A DNA stretch of 64,000 nucleotides from Lama guanicoe (lineage: Eukaryota). The notes beneath the pieces are model-generated. The model was not told where the DNA came from. It worked only from the letters and a program-made list of their open reading frames with translations, and did not search any database. Positions 52,186-64,000 of the stretch are shown here, piece by piece. Each line of letters begins with the position of its first letter. The first letter of the stretch is position 1. A program made the translations under genes and the position numbers. The DNA lies in contig MU054187.1 in NCBI GenBank assembly GCA_013239625.1, forward strand, positions 21,393,280 through 21,457,279, written 5' to 3'.

Positions 52186-52300
52186 CCTTTTTTCTTATTA
52201 TTGAAGTGTAGTCAGTTACCGTGTGTCAATTTCTGGTGTACAGCACGGTGTCCCAGTCATGCATATACATATATATATGTTCATTTTCACTATTTTCCTT
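52186..52300 (-). mobile_element. Short camelid-type L1 3' tip
   Basis: attgaagtgtagtcagttaccgtgtgtcaatttctggtgtacagc; degenerate TSD ttttgaatcttttat / ttttgaatcctgtat. Confidence 0.8.
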
Positions 52301-55300
52301 CTTTTGAATCCTGTATTCACTTATTTCACAAATGATTTTTGAGCACCTACTAAGTGCTGAGAAACTATTAGGCACTGTCTCTTAGTGGCAGTTCACAGTA
52401 AATGTCATGTTCTGCATACTATGAAAGAGGTAAACCCAAACAGCAGAGACAAACGGACTTTACCAAGGAGTCAGGAAAAATTGCCCTCAAGAAACGATAG
52501 CTAAACTGAATTTTAAACCAATTGGGCAAAAATTCATAGTCTAGTGAGCTAATATTTGACCCCAGGCAGTGTTGCTCCTGAGCCTGATGCTGCGACTAAC
52601 CATGAATACATTGATGCTCAGGCACCATGGACCACTGAGGTTCAACTGCCAAGGTAACATAGGGAGAGTGCAGATGTACCATTTGAAGGAGCTGTTGGAA
52701 CACAGCAAAATGACATAAGCATGCTCTAAAGCTCCTGGAGAGGGGATGGATCAGAGTAAAATGCTGGTGTGGCCAAAGAAGCAGTCCTGTCTCCTACAGG
52801 CAGGTGCTGTGTCTCCCAAACCACGTAACAGTCTTTTTGTAGAGACATTAAACGTCATTGTTGACCCCCTATCGGTCACACATATGAATGGCATGCTGTC
52901 AACAGTCTTCTCAAGGCATCTGGGACACTGATGAATGGCAGGTACTTTAAATGTCAGTTGTCCCCTTCTGTATTTCCTGTATCCCTGCGTCCATATGTCT
53001 AACAAACACTGTAACCAGGAGTAAACTGGACTTCATTTCAGCCTTGCAAATTCAAACTGAAACGTTCAAATATGTTCCAGATAGAACTGGCAAACTGTTG
53101 TTTTTACTGAATTAGTAGATTTTTCAACATGGTTGAATTAATGTGTATGATTGATGTGTATAAATCATCCTCTTTAAGGAACAGAAAATAATCTGTCCAA
53201 TCTTACATTGTTTTATAATATTGAACTGCACATATTTTGCATGTTAATACAAAGATAATAATAGAATTATGTGGTCTCAAGAGAAATCCAGAAGATTCTA
53301 AGTTCTTTAATATTGTGACTAAATCTGTAATCCACTTAGGTGAACCATTCTTTACTGCAAATGTTTTGTGACTTAGCAGCTGTCATAAAAAAGGTAAAAT
53401 ATGGCATATTGTTAAAAAAAATCAACCTCTTACCGAGGGTTCTCGACATTTGACAATGCCATTAAGCTAAAAGTATTGAAGTCGGAGTTTTAAATCATGT
53501 GAGCTGTGGTTAAGCAGAGCGTTTCCAAAAAGGTTTACAGAAAAGTTGTTATAATTTATTACCATGAAAAAATAGAGGCAACCTATATTTTTTGAAATTT
53601 TGAGATTAGTAATATACCTATAAAGAATGAAGGACATACATTATCTGGACCAGTATACCGTGGATTTTATTGCCCCTGTATCATCCACAATCTCCTCCCC
53701 CTAAAAAAACAGGAACATTGAAATATTGAAGTAATGTTTCAGACATGTTTTCAGATGCCTAATTTCTAAGTAAAGAAGAGAAGACACAGAGTAAAGCAAA
53801 TCAGATAGGTAAATAAGAAGTAGGGTAATACAAATTTATTTATAGGCAGCCCCCAAAATGAAGGGAAAAGGTTAGGGGAAAAGCACACAAAACTATCCAG
53901 ACAACGTGGACAACACATAACAGTCCTTCAGTGGCGGTTCCCTATGTGTTCCCACAGATGGGAGCTTAAACCTGCTAAAACATTCTAATGACAGTTACAG
54001 CCTAGCCACAAACCACATCCACAACTGAAAAATGTTTGCTTTGCCAGCAATGAATTGTCACCTTTCTAAGAATAAATATTGATGGCTTAATGTCATTCTA
54101 TTTACGTACATATTTTAGGAACCCACTAGTTACATATGACTATCTTCCCAACAATTCCACTATTAACACGATCATTTATACAGCATCACCTGCTGATCCC
54201 GGAGCCTCACTCTGAGGAGGAATGCAGTTGTGCCTAATTAATTATATTCATATTTTAATATTCATATTGCTGATGACGTTTTCTTGTCATGAGTTATTAT
54301 CTAAGCTTTATATGCAGGGCAGAGACATAATAAAAGATACATTTTAAAAGGCTGTTCTATTTTTTCATTAGTGGCACTCATTGATTTGTAGATGAGCACA
54401 TTTCCCTTTACATAATGGAAGCACATTTTGATTACACTGTGAATAAAATCACGATTACTGCTCCCTTTCTAAAATGTACAAAAATTATTTTTCTTCTTTA
54501 TCAATTTCTTACTTGATTTAAGGACGGTTAGTGTGCACTCAACCATTCTCATCTGAAATTTCCTGTGGTATATATCTTGTCCCCCTCTTAATTTAGCAGT
54601 GATAACATATATGTTGATATACTAACAAGGAAAGTTTACATTAAGTAGGAAAAGTGCTTCTGAGAAGCAGCATTCCATATCCTCTGTGTAGAAATATGAA
54701 CCTGATTGTTGCTGAATATAAATAGAATTTAGAATGAATATTGAACTATAGGCTGTTAAGTAAACTCAGACCAGATGTAAGAGCAAATATTACTATAATA
54801 GGAGAGGATATTATAAAATAAAAGAACATAATCTCTTTTCACTAGAAATTTCCTTAGCAGTTAGTTTTGAAAGCTGAAACTAGTACTGATTTCACCGAGA
54901 AGATAATAAGGGACACTGATTTACATAAAAGAAAATTTTTTGCTACTGCCACACTTAGTTAAGGAAATTTATTCAGCCTCATGGAAGCAAAATCCCCACT
55001 GTCCACTTGTTTATTTCCTTTATATTTGTACATGGAAATGATTTATACACAAGTCAATATTTAAACTGAATTTGGGGGATTGTATTTTAATAATGCAGGA
55101 GGTGATGGATTTGGTTAAATTATACTTCCATTTAAAAGAAGTTGTGAGCACTGAATTTTTGATCTGAATGTTAGCAAAATTAAAAAAGAGGGTGGGGAGC
55201 GAAAAAATTTGAAGAATATTGGCTACTATTCATGTGGTAAGTATAAAGTGGTTATATATTTCCTCAGCCAAAACAAGTTCCACTCATATCAGGAAAGAAA

Positions 55301-55950
55301 AATACTCTATTTCAATAATCATTTTCCATTGTAAATTCAACATAGAAGTAGCATGAGGTTAGTGGCTATTTTCTTTATTTAATGGATATATTTTATATAT
55401 ATCATATATATATTATATTAGGCTGAAAGTTGTTACACTTTGTAAATTACAGCTTGGAGAATATTTCTGTATAGCAAAGTATAAAACCCATTAATTAATC
55501 TCAGTTTATGACATACTTTGTTCCATTAAGTATAGACTTCAAGGGAAAAGCAAAACACAAGTGAAGAAAGAACAGGGGAAAAATTAGAGGTTAATTGCCT
55601 TAGTTGATCTCTCAGTAGTTTTTGACAGCTTTGATCCATTAAAATGTGTGTAAAAGTGGATGAATGTATTCTTAGCAAAACTGTGTGTTATGAGAAATTT
55701 TATTCTCAACGTTGAAGTTTTAATTCCATTTATAGTCTGAATAAAAGCTGGTTAAAGTATATTTATAAAAGCATCAGATTTTATACATGTACATTGTTAA
55801 GCAAAAAATATTGTATGTTTTTCTCCTAACTTTCCAGTGAAATATGCACATTCACATCAGAGTTCATCTGGAGAAAGGGAGGATACTCCCCTAATTAGCA
55901 TTGTTTCTGCTTGTTTTATTTTGGTAGGTGAAGAGGAACCTTAGAGTCAT

Positions 55951-56420
55951 TGTACTAGATATCTATCACCACGTAGCAACTTACCCCAGAGCCTTGTAGC
56001 CTGAAATAGCAAGCATTGATTATTTTACCATTTCTGTGGGTCCAGAATCTGAGGTGGCTCTGGTTTAGACTCTCACCAGGCGGCCATCAAGGTGTCAGTG
56101 GGGGTTACAAGCATCTAAAGGCTTGACTTGGGGAAGAAAGTCTTCCAGGGTCTTCCGTGTGGTTACTGGTAGGGCTTGAACTCTCCACACGGTGCCTGAC
56201 ATGGCAGCCAGCTACCTTAGAATGAGGAAGAAATCCAGGAGAGAGTGTACCCAAGATGGGAGACACAGTCTTTTTGTAACCTGATCTCTGAAGTGATGTC
56301 CCATTTTCTGCTACATTGTGTTCATTAGAAGTGAGTCAGACATTCTGTTTACTAGATGTATGTCCAGCCTGCACCCATGCAGAGGTGAATTACATTGTAC
56401 TTTTTGAAACAAAGGGCATT
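55951..56420 (-). mobile_element. MLT1-family (MaLR) solo LTR, older subfamily
   Basis: tgtactagatatcta...gtagcaacttacccca...atttctgtgggtccagaatctg...ccttagaatgag...tctgaagtgatgtcccatt...ttcattagaagtgagtca, antisense MLT1 pattern. Confidence 0.65.
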
Positions 56421-56454
56421 ACCATCACTTGTCTATTGCTGCTGTAACAAATTA

Positions 56455-58998
56455 TAGGCAGACCTCATTTTATTGAACTTCCCTTTATTCCACTTTGCAG
56501 ATATGGCATTTTTTTACAAATTGAAGGTCTGTGGCAATCCTGCATCGAGCAAGTGTATCAGCACCATTTTTCCAACGGCATTTTATCACTTCATATCTCT
56601 GTGTCATATTTTGGATATTCCCACAATATTTCAAACTTTTTTATTATATTTGTTGTGGTGATCTGTGATCAGTGATCTCTGATGTTAGTATAGTAATTGT
56701 TTTGGGGCACCAGGAACTGTGCCCATATAGGATGACAAACTTAATCAATAAATGTTGTGTGTGCTCTGACTGCTCTACCAGCCCATGTTTTTCTCCAGCT
56801 CTCTCCCTCTCCTCGGGTGTCCCTATTTTCTGAGACACAACAAAATTGAAATTAGGCCAATTAATAACCCTACAGTGGCCTCCAAGTGTTCAAGTAAAAG
56901 GAAGAGTTGTGCGCTTCTCACTTCAAATCAAAGCTAAAAATCATTAAACTTAGTGAGGCAGCCATGTGGAAAAGGTAGACTGAAAGCTAGGCCTCTTGTA
57001 CCAGTTGGCCAAGTTGTGACTGCAAAGGAAAAGTTCTTGAAAGGAATTAAAAGTGCTACTCCAGTGAATACCCAAATGATAAGAAAATGAAACAGCCCCA
57101 GTGCTGACATGGAGAAAGTTTTAGTGGTCTGGATAGATTAAACCAGCCACAACATTCTCTTAAGTCAAAGCCTTAATTCAGAGCAAGGCCTTAACTGTAT
57201 TTCATTCTATGAAGGTAGAGAGGTAAGGAAGCTGCAGACGAAAAGTTTGAAGCTGGCAGAGGCTGGTCCATGAGGTTTTAAGGAAAGACACCATCTCCAT
57301 AACATCAAACTGAAAGGTAAATTAGCAAGTACTGATATAGAAGGTGCAGCAAATTATCCAGACGATGTAGCTCAGATAATTAGTGAAGGTGGCTACACTA
57401 ACAACAGATTTGCAGTGTAGATGGAACAGTCTTATACTGGAAGAAGATCCCATTTAGGACTTTCATAGCAAGAGAATAGAAGTCAGTACCTGGCTTCAAG
57501 GCTTCAAAGGATAGGCTGAATCTCTTCTTAGGGGCTATCGCAGCTGGTGACTTCAAGTTGAAGCCAATGCTTATGTACCATTCTGAAAATCCCCGGGCTC
57601 CTAAGACTTATGCTAAATTGACCTTGCCTGTACTCTGTAAATGGAACAACAAATCCTGGATGACAGCACAGCTCTTTACAACATGATTTACTGAATATTG
57701 TAAGCCCACTGTTGAGACTTTCTGCTCGGAATGAAAGATGCCTTTTGAAATAGTACTGCTCACTGACATGCACCTGGTCACCCAAGAGTTCTGATGAAGA
57801 CGTATGAGATTAATGTAGTTTTCATGTCTGCTAACACAACATCCATTCTGTAGCCCATGGATCAGGAAGTAATTTCAACTTTCAAGTCTTATGATTTAAG
57901 AAATACATTTTGTAAGGTGATAGCTGCCATAAATAGTGATTCCTCTGATGGATCCAGGCAAAGTCAATTGAAAACCTTCTGAAAAGGATTCATTGTTCTA
58001 GATGCCATTAAGAACATTCGTGATTCATGGGAAGAGGTCAAAATATCAACATTAACAGGAGTTTGGAAGAAATTGATTCCAACTTTCATGGATGACTTGG
58101 AGGGGTTCAGGACTTCAGTAGGGAAAGTAACTGCACCTGCGGCAGGAACTGCAAGAAAACTAGAATTAGAAATAGAGCCTGAGGGGGAAGGGGACAGCTC
58201 AGTGGTAGAGCACATGCTTAGCATGCACGAGACCCTGGGTTCAATCCCCAGTACCTCCATTAAAAATTAAGTAAATAAATAAATAAGCCTAATTACCTCC
58301 CCTTTCAAATTTAATAAGATAAAATAAAAATAAAATAAATAGGTCTATTTTTTAAAAGAGAGAAATAGAGCCTGAAGAGGTGACTGAATTGCTATGATCT
58401 CTTGATAAAGCTTTAATGGGTGAGGAGTTGCTTCTTATGGATGAGCAAAGAAAGTGGTTTTTCAAAATGGAATCTACTGCTGGTGAAGATGCTGTGAAGT
58501 CTGTTGAAATGACACCAAAGGATTTAGAATAGCACATAAACTTAGTTGATAAAGCAGCAGCAGGGTTCAAGAGGATCAACTCCAATTTTTGAAAGAAGTT
58601 CTACTATGGCTAAAATGGTATCAAACAGCACCGCATACCACAAGAAGAGTCAATCAATGAAGCAAATGTCATCGTTGTCTTATTTTAAGAAATTGCCACA
58701 GCCACCCCAGACGTCAGCAATCACCACTCCGATCGGTCAGCAGCCATCAGTATCAAGCCAAGAAAAAAAGATTACGACTCACTGAAGGTTCAGGTGATGG
58801 TTGGCATTTTCTAGCAATAAAGTATTTTTAATTAAGGTATATGCTTTGTTTTTTAGACATAATGCTACTACACACTTAATCAACTACAGTATAGTGTAAA
58901 TAGAAATTTTGTATGTACTAGGACACCAAAAAATTTGTGTGACACGCTTTATTGCAGAAGTCCGGAACTGAATCCACAATATCTCTAAGGTATGCCTA
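56455..58998 (+). mobile_element. Near full-length Tigger1 DNA transposon (TcMar/pogo) with decayed transposase
   Basis: TIRs taggcagacctc / aaggtatgccta with TA duplications at 56453-54 and 58999-59000; about 2.35 kb after removing the SINE; frameshifted transposase pieces such as [46 protein letters not shown] and IPTFMDDLEGFRTSV. Confidence 0.93.
58183..58360 (+). mobile_element. vic-1-type tRNA-Ala SINE inserted in Tigger1
   Basis: cagctcagtggtagagcacatgcttagcatg...gggttcaatccccagtacctcca, tail cctaattacctcccc; perfect 15-bp TSD agaaatagagcctga at 58168-58182 and 58361-58375. Confidence 0.93.
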
Positions 58999-60199
58999 TA
59001 CCATAAATTTAGTGGATTAAAACAATACACATTTATGATCTTAGAGTTCTGTTGGTCAGAAGTTCGGCACAAGTCTCACTGGGCAAAAGTAAAGGCATCA
59101 GATGGGCAGCGTTCCATTCTGGAGACTCTTGGGGAGAATCTGTTTTGGGTCTTTGCTAGCTCCTAAAGGCTTCCCACATGCCTTTGCCCCTGGTCCCCTC
59201 CTTTCATCTCCAGAGCTAACAATGTCCTCCTCACACTGCATTCCTCTGAACTTCCCTTCTTCCTAGTCCTTCCAAATTTAAGGAACATTGTGATTGCATT
59301 GGGCCCACCAAGATAATATGGGATAATCTCTCTATTTTAAAATCATTTTAATTCCACTTTGCTGTACAATGTGACATAGTCACAGGTTCTGGGACCTAGG
59401 GGCTGCATGCCTTCAGAGGACTATTATTCAGCCTATTATATCTTTGTCTGTTTGTTTGTTTTTATGTACTCATTACAGGCCGTTACATGTTGGAAAAAAT
59501 TTGTGGACTTTTTTTTTTAGTTACCATGGTAATCAATCACTATCAGATAATGCCCCTAGAATCTGTCTCCTCCCTAAATGCACACACTCAAGATCCTGTC
59601 CCTGAAAAATATTCATCAAAACTAATAACCACCAACCCAAGTACCAAACTGCCTGCACTAGTCATTCAACAAATATACAATGGAAACAAACATCCCTACG
59701 TATCTTTGTCTCAAGTATTTGTGGTTGCCAAGAGCAACAGCATAACATTTCTACACTTAAGCAGGAGCAGATAATTGGGTATATTTTGAGGAATGTACCT
59801 CTGGATTCAGAAAGAATCTAGTTTAAATGTGTGTTCTACCAGAACACTAATAACTGAGTAGCCTTAATGCAAGTTATTTGTCTGTCTTGTCTAAGGTTTA
59901 ACTACCTATAAAATATGGAGAAAACAATACTGAGTATTGCATAGATATTGTGCACCTTATTTTACAATTCAGAAATTTATTAGTTATTTAGTCTTCTTCA
60001 TTGTCCAAAATCTAGTATATTTTTAACAAAATGGCTATTTTTAACTCTACTGGGTTATCTGTGATATTAAATTTTTCCCCTAGTGCCCATAGTCACATAT
60101 TTCTTGAAAGTCATAGTCTAGACATTCCACCAATTATTTGTAATTCTGAGCCCCTGAGACAAGCACCTAACCTAGACATAAAGAAATCCTTGTGAGGGA

Positions 60200-60320
60200 A
60201 AAAATGAAATTAGGAACTATCTTATGATCCAGAAATTCCACTTCTGGGTATTTATCCAAAGGAAATAAAAACACTAACTCAAAAAGATATTTGCACCTCT
60301 GTTTCACTGCATGCAACATT
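60200..60320 (+). mobile_element. Short L1 ORF2 3'-end fragment
   Basis: tatgatccagaaattccacttctgggtatttatccaaaggaaataaaaacactaactcaaaaagatatttgcacc. Confidence 0.75.
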
Positions 60321-60329
60321 TGTTTTTAG

Positions 60330-61100
60330 TTGACATGTCATGGAACAACCATTTTGTTTCCATTTTATTGGAATACCTTCCTCTAGCCCTTCACTTTCAG
60401 TCTGCATGTCCTTACTTCTGAAGTGTCTCTTGTAGGCAGCATGTAGATGGGTCTTGGCTTTTTTGTTTTTGTTTTTGTTTTTTTTAATCCATTCAGCCAC
60501 TTTATATCTCTCAGTTGTAGAGTTTAGTCCATTTATATTTAAAATAATTACTGATGTTTTATGTTTTATGTCTGTTTTTTTAGTTCCTCTCTGTTCCTTT
60601 CTTCTCTTTCTTCTCTTGTGGTTACTGTTCTGTTTCGATGCCTTTCTCATTTTCTTCTGTATATTTAATATGAGTTTTTGCTTTGTGGTTACTGTGAGGT
60701 TCACATATCCTATGTATATAATAGTCTGTTTTAAATTGATAGCAATTAAACTTAAGCAGATTTTGAAACTTCACACTTTTACTCCACCACATTTTATATT
60801 TTGATGTCTCATTCTACATGCACCAGTAACTAATTATAGTAGTTATAGTTAATTTTACTATTTTTGTCTTTTAACCTTCATACTTTACCAGTGATTGATC
60901 CATTACCTCTACTAAACGTTACCTTGGCCAGTGAGATTTTTACTTTCATATGTTTTCTTGTTATTAATTATACCATTTATTTTCAGCTCAAAGAAGTCCA
61001 TTTATCATTTTTTGTAGGGCTAGTGTAGTGGGGATTAACATCTTCAGCTTTTGATTAGCTGAAAACCTACTGATCTTTCCTTCAATTCTGAATGATTTAC
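60330..61100 (-). mobile_element. Old L1 fragment covering the inter-ORF region and the start of the ORF2 endonuclease
   Basis: Minus-strand ORF 60279-60704 contains SVIILNINGLNS..RYKVAEWIKK, the L1 ORF2 endonuclease N-terminal motif (TLNVNGLNSPIKRHRVAEWIKK). Confidence 0.8.
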
Positions 61101-64000
61101 TAAGAACATTTTTTTTACAGAGTTCATTACTACCTAAAATTAGCTTGGCATTTCATTGTATTTACAAATTATAAAATACATACCACAGTAGCTTTGGTGT
61201 CTTAAACCAAACTGAATACAAAATCACTACAAAAAGGACTTGAAAAAATAAGTCCATATATACACTTATGAAAAGAGAAAAAATTAGAAAAAGAAGGGAA
61301 CAGAAAGAAGCAATACTCAAATCTCAGAGTCTACTTTACTCCACTGATTGAAATCTGAGCTCTTAAAAAAATAGATAATCCAGATTCTCTTGGTTGAATT
61401 TTCCTTTCCATAAAGAATATTGTGTCCCCAAATATGAAACTAAGTAAACTCGGGAAAGAAATTAATAGTGTTATGTCTACGCATTAATAATGAACATACA
61501 GCTAAGATTATTTTTCACTAAGTATTTTTTTCTGATTATCTAACAATTGTCTCCACTGTTGATGTCAATTGATCATTAAGTGTATTTATAAAATTGTTAA
61601 TCAAGGTTCTAAACATACTCACGATGCTACTGGAACATTTATCCAAATTTTATATTTTATTCATATGGTTTCTGGAGACTTTATCTTAATAAAACATGTC
61701 CTTCATTTTCACCTTTGTGGAGACTTGTAGAGACAATCATGGAATATAAAAACACATTCTTCAAAAAATTTATCTAAGATAATGAAATTAATGTTGAAAA
61801 AATGAACCAAGTTGGAAGTTTTAGGTATTTCAAAGTTGATAGTTATTACCATTTGGTGTTTGCTTGATACCTATTTGAAAATGTGCTTGTATTCTCTGCT
61901 AAATAACATTAAACTAGACATTTATTAAACATACACCAAAGCCACAATGTTTCATCAGGTTTCAAGACTGCTTGTGCTTCAAGGCAAATCAAAGGAATTT
62001 TGACAATTAGCCAGCAGAAGCTTCAATGGGGAGAGCAAAATAAACAAAAAGACAAACAGGCTGAAGTTTTTGGAGAATTTGCTGATGGATGTGTGTCTGT
62101 GAAGCTGCTGACATTATAACTGGTGTCTTGGGAGAAAACCGTCTCATCTGCTAAGAATGGACCCTTAAGGGCATCTCAGCAATAGAAGATGGGGCACCAT
62201 GTTCACGAAGCACAGAGTCTACATCTTTATTGTGACATTCATTGCATTTACTACAGTTAGCTGCAGGTTGATTTCTCTGTGATTCCACAGAAGCACAAAC
62301 AACGTTTATAGCTATTTACCTAAGACAGCACAGGACCTGGCACATTCTGTGTGGTCAATAATTATTTGATCAGTGAAAATGAATAATTGGTAGCGTTTCT
62401 ATTTTCTTCTTAATAGAGCTGTCGGATGTAATAGACAGTAAATAAAAATGAGCATCCAAGTATACATGCCTACTATTTTTTTCTTCAGGTTCTACTGGGG
62501 GGAAACGCAGTTTGAATTGAAATAAGTCACGTACAATGATCAGACTTACCAGGTAATTAGTAATAAGTTCAAGTTTCCATTTTTATTTGTCCTTACAGAC
62601 TAAGCCTGGAAGCATAGAGTATTTTCTGGTAACAAATGGGAATCTGGCCAACCAGTGATCTTTGCATTAGCATTCTAATAACCAAAGGCCAGCGTGCCAC
62701 AGTGCCGTGTCACAACTAATTCATGAAACTAGGTCCAAAGGCTCATTAAAATGGTCACAATTCAGTGACTGCCCAGTAAAATGAGACTACAGTTTCATTC
62801 CCATAACAGTGAATATTTTAACATACTATTAAGGATATATTTCAAGTGTTAAAACTAGCTTTGATTCTGGGAATGGAGAAACAACAAGATTAGAAAGCCA
62901 TTTACTTTTGTGCAAAATTGGTTCCACTCTCAGCTTTAGGCTTCCAAATGCTTCAAATGTTCATATTTTAGAGCCCATACTTGCATCTGCAAGCCTGGTG
63001 TTTTCTTTGCTTTTTTTTTTTTAACTTAGAGTAAAAATAATTCTGGGCAGCTCCAGCAGACCACAGGTCTGTGAACCTACCGGGCCAAGAAGTCTCAAGT
63101 AGCTGAGCTGAAAGTCAAATGTGTTTCCCCTGCGGCTGCCAGACAGATCTCCCTAGAGCATCCCTTTAATCATACATCCTCCCCCCGTGATGCCAAAACT
63201 CCTGGGGCTTCAGAGTATATTACTCTACAGGCTGCTTTCCACAGCCAAACCGGGATTAGGTAGGTTGGAAAACGCGACATCCAAAGTCTGGTTAAGAGCA
63301 ATGAGAGGGTAGGGAAAGTTCTAGAACACGAGTCTGGTGCCGCTCCAGTTCAAGGCTGCTGCTGACTCTCCGACAGTCACCTCTCCCTCAGGGCAGGGGT
63401 AAGATATCACCCTCTCCTTCTAGTTCAGTGCCTGGACCATGGGCCATGCTCACTAACAAAGACAATTGCAGCGAACTGAGCTAATGATGCTAATATGAAA
63501 GCCATTCAGTGTCTCAGTATCTCAGACACCTATACACATGGCCTGGGAAGAATGATTCCTGCTGTGCTCATTTCGCAGGATTGTTCCGAGGATCTAAACT
63601 CATAATAACTGCAAAAACACTTTTTAATGGCACTGGGCTTATACTAAGGTAATATATGGTTTTATGCATTCACTTGTCAAACAGAACAGACTATTTTCTT
63701 TATATCCTGAATTTTTATTCAATGGAACAGTAATGAATCCCTAAATCTTCTAAATGTGAACAATAAAAGACTCTGAATGACTTTTCCTGGAAGTCTATAT
63801 GCCATGGCTGAATTATTTAAACATTTACTTAAACCTGGGGAAGGAAACAAAACCAAAAAAAATCCCAAGAATAAAGATATTACATTTAACTAATTTCTAT
63901 AGAAAAATATTTCTTTTAATTTTTTTCTCCATCTAAATAGTAACATTGGTAACCTTGGATGCCTAATGATGCTGTAAGTTAGATGTCAATTCAATATCAA

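Larger units (their letters stand above)
56427..59440 (-). mobile_element. MLT1 (MLT1C-like) solo LTR split by Tigger1: pieces 56427-56454 and 58999-59440
   Basis: ctattgctgctgtaacaaatta | ccataaatttagtggattaaaacaatacacattta...ttccattctggagactcttggggagaatctg...ttattcagcctatta reads as one continuous MLT1 once Tigger1 is removed. Confidence 0.8.

Noticed and set aside
57000..58785. Possible domesticated Tigger transposase (TIGD-like) gene
   Set aside because: Multiple stops, frameshifts and a SINE insertion, with TIRs intact: a dead transposon copy
60279..60804. 141-aa and 116-aa ORFs on opposite strands
   Set aside because: Decayed L1 ORF2 endonuclease start and its low-complexity antisense frame
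1..64000. CRISPR arrays, rRNA genes, operons or other prokaryote-type systems
   Set aside because: Sequence is mammalian and non-coding; no regularly spaced repeat-spacer array, rRNA-like sequence or long ORF was seen

Overview
AT-rich mammalian genomic DNA, very probably camelid: five copies of a tRNA-Ala-derived SINE with the vic-1-type tail, plus artiodactyl-type L1 3' ends. The window is almost entirely non-coding and much of it is recognisable transposon debris (L1, L2, MIR, MaLR/ERVL LTRs, a near full-length Tigger1, MADE2, a MamSINE1-like copy). The only coding sequence I can support is a 37-nt exon segment at 16747-16783 (MTMYRSKRRHQR plus 1 nt, strong GTAAGT donor). From memory, this is the alternative first exon of RALYL, so the window most likely lies inside the large RALYL intron after the RRM-coding exon, on the + strand. 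That exon would give an RRM-less isoform, and here it has an in-frame upstream ATG. The other points of interest are structural: a ~240-bp inverted duplication, an L1-retroposed LTR-like fragment, twin-primed L1 insertions, a SINE-in-Tigger1-in-MLT1 nest and a 57-bp templated duplication. The other ORFs in the track look like chance ORFs or decayed TE frames. I found no evidence of a new multi-gene system. All family assignments come from recall of consensus sequences; no searches were run.
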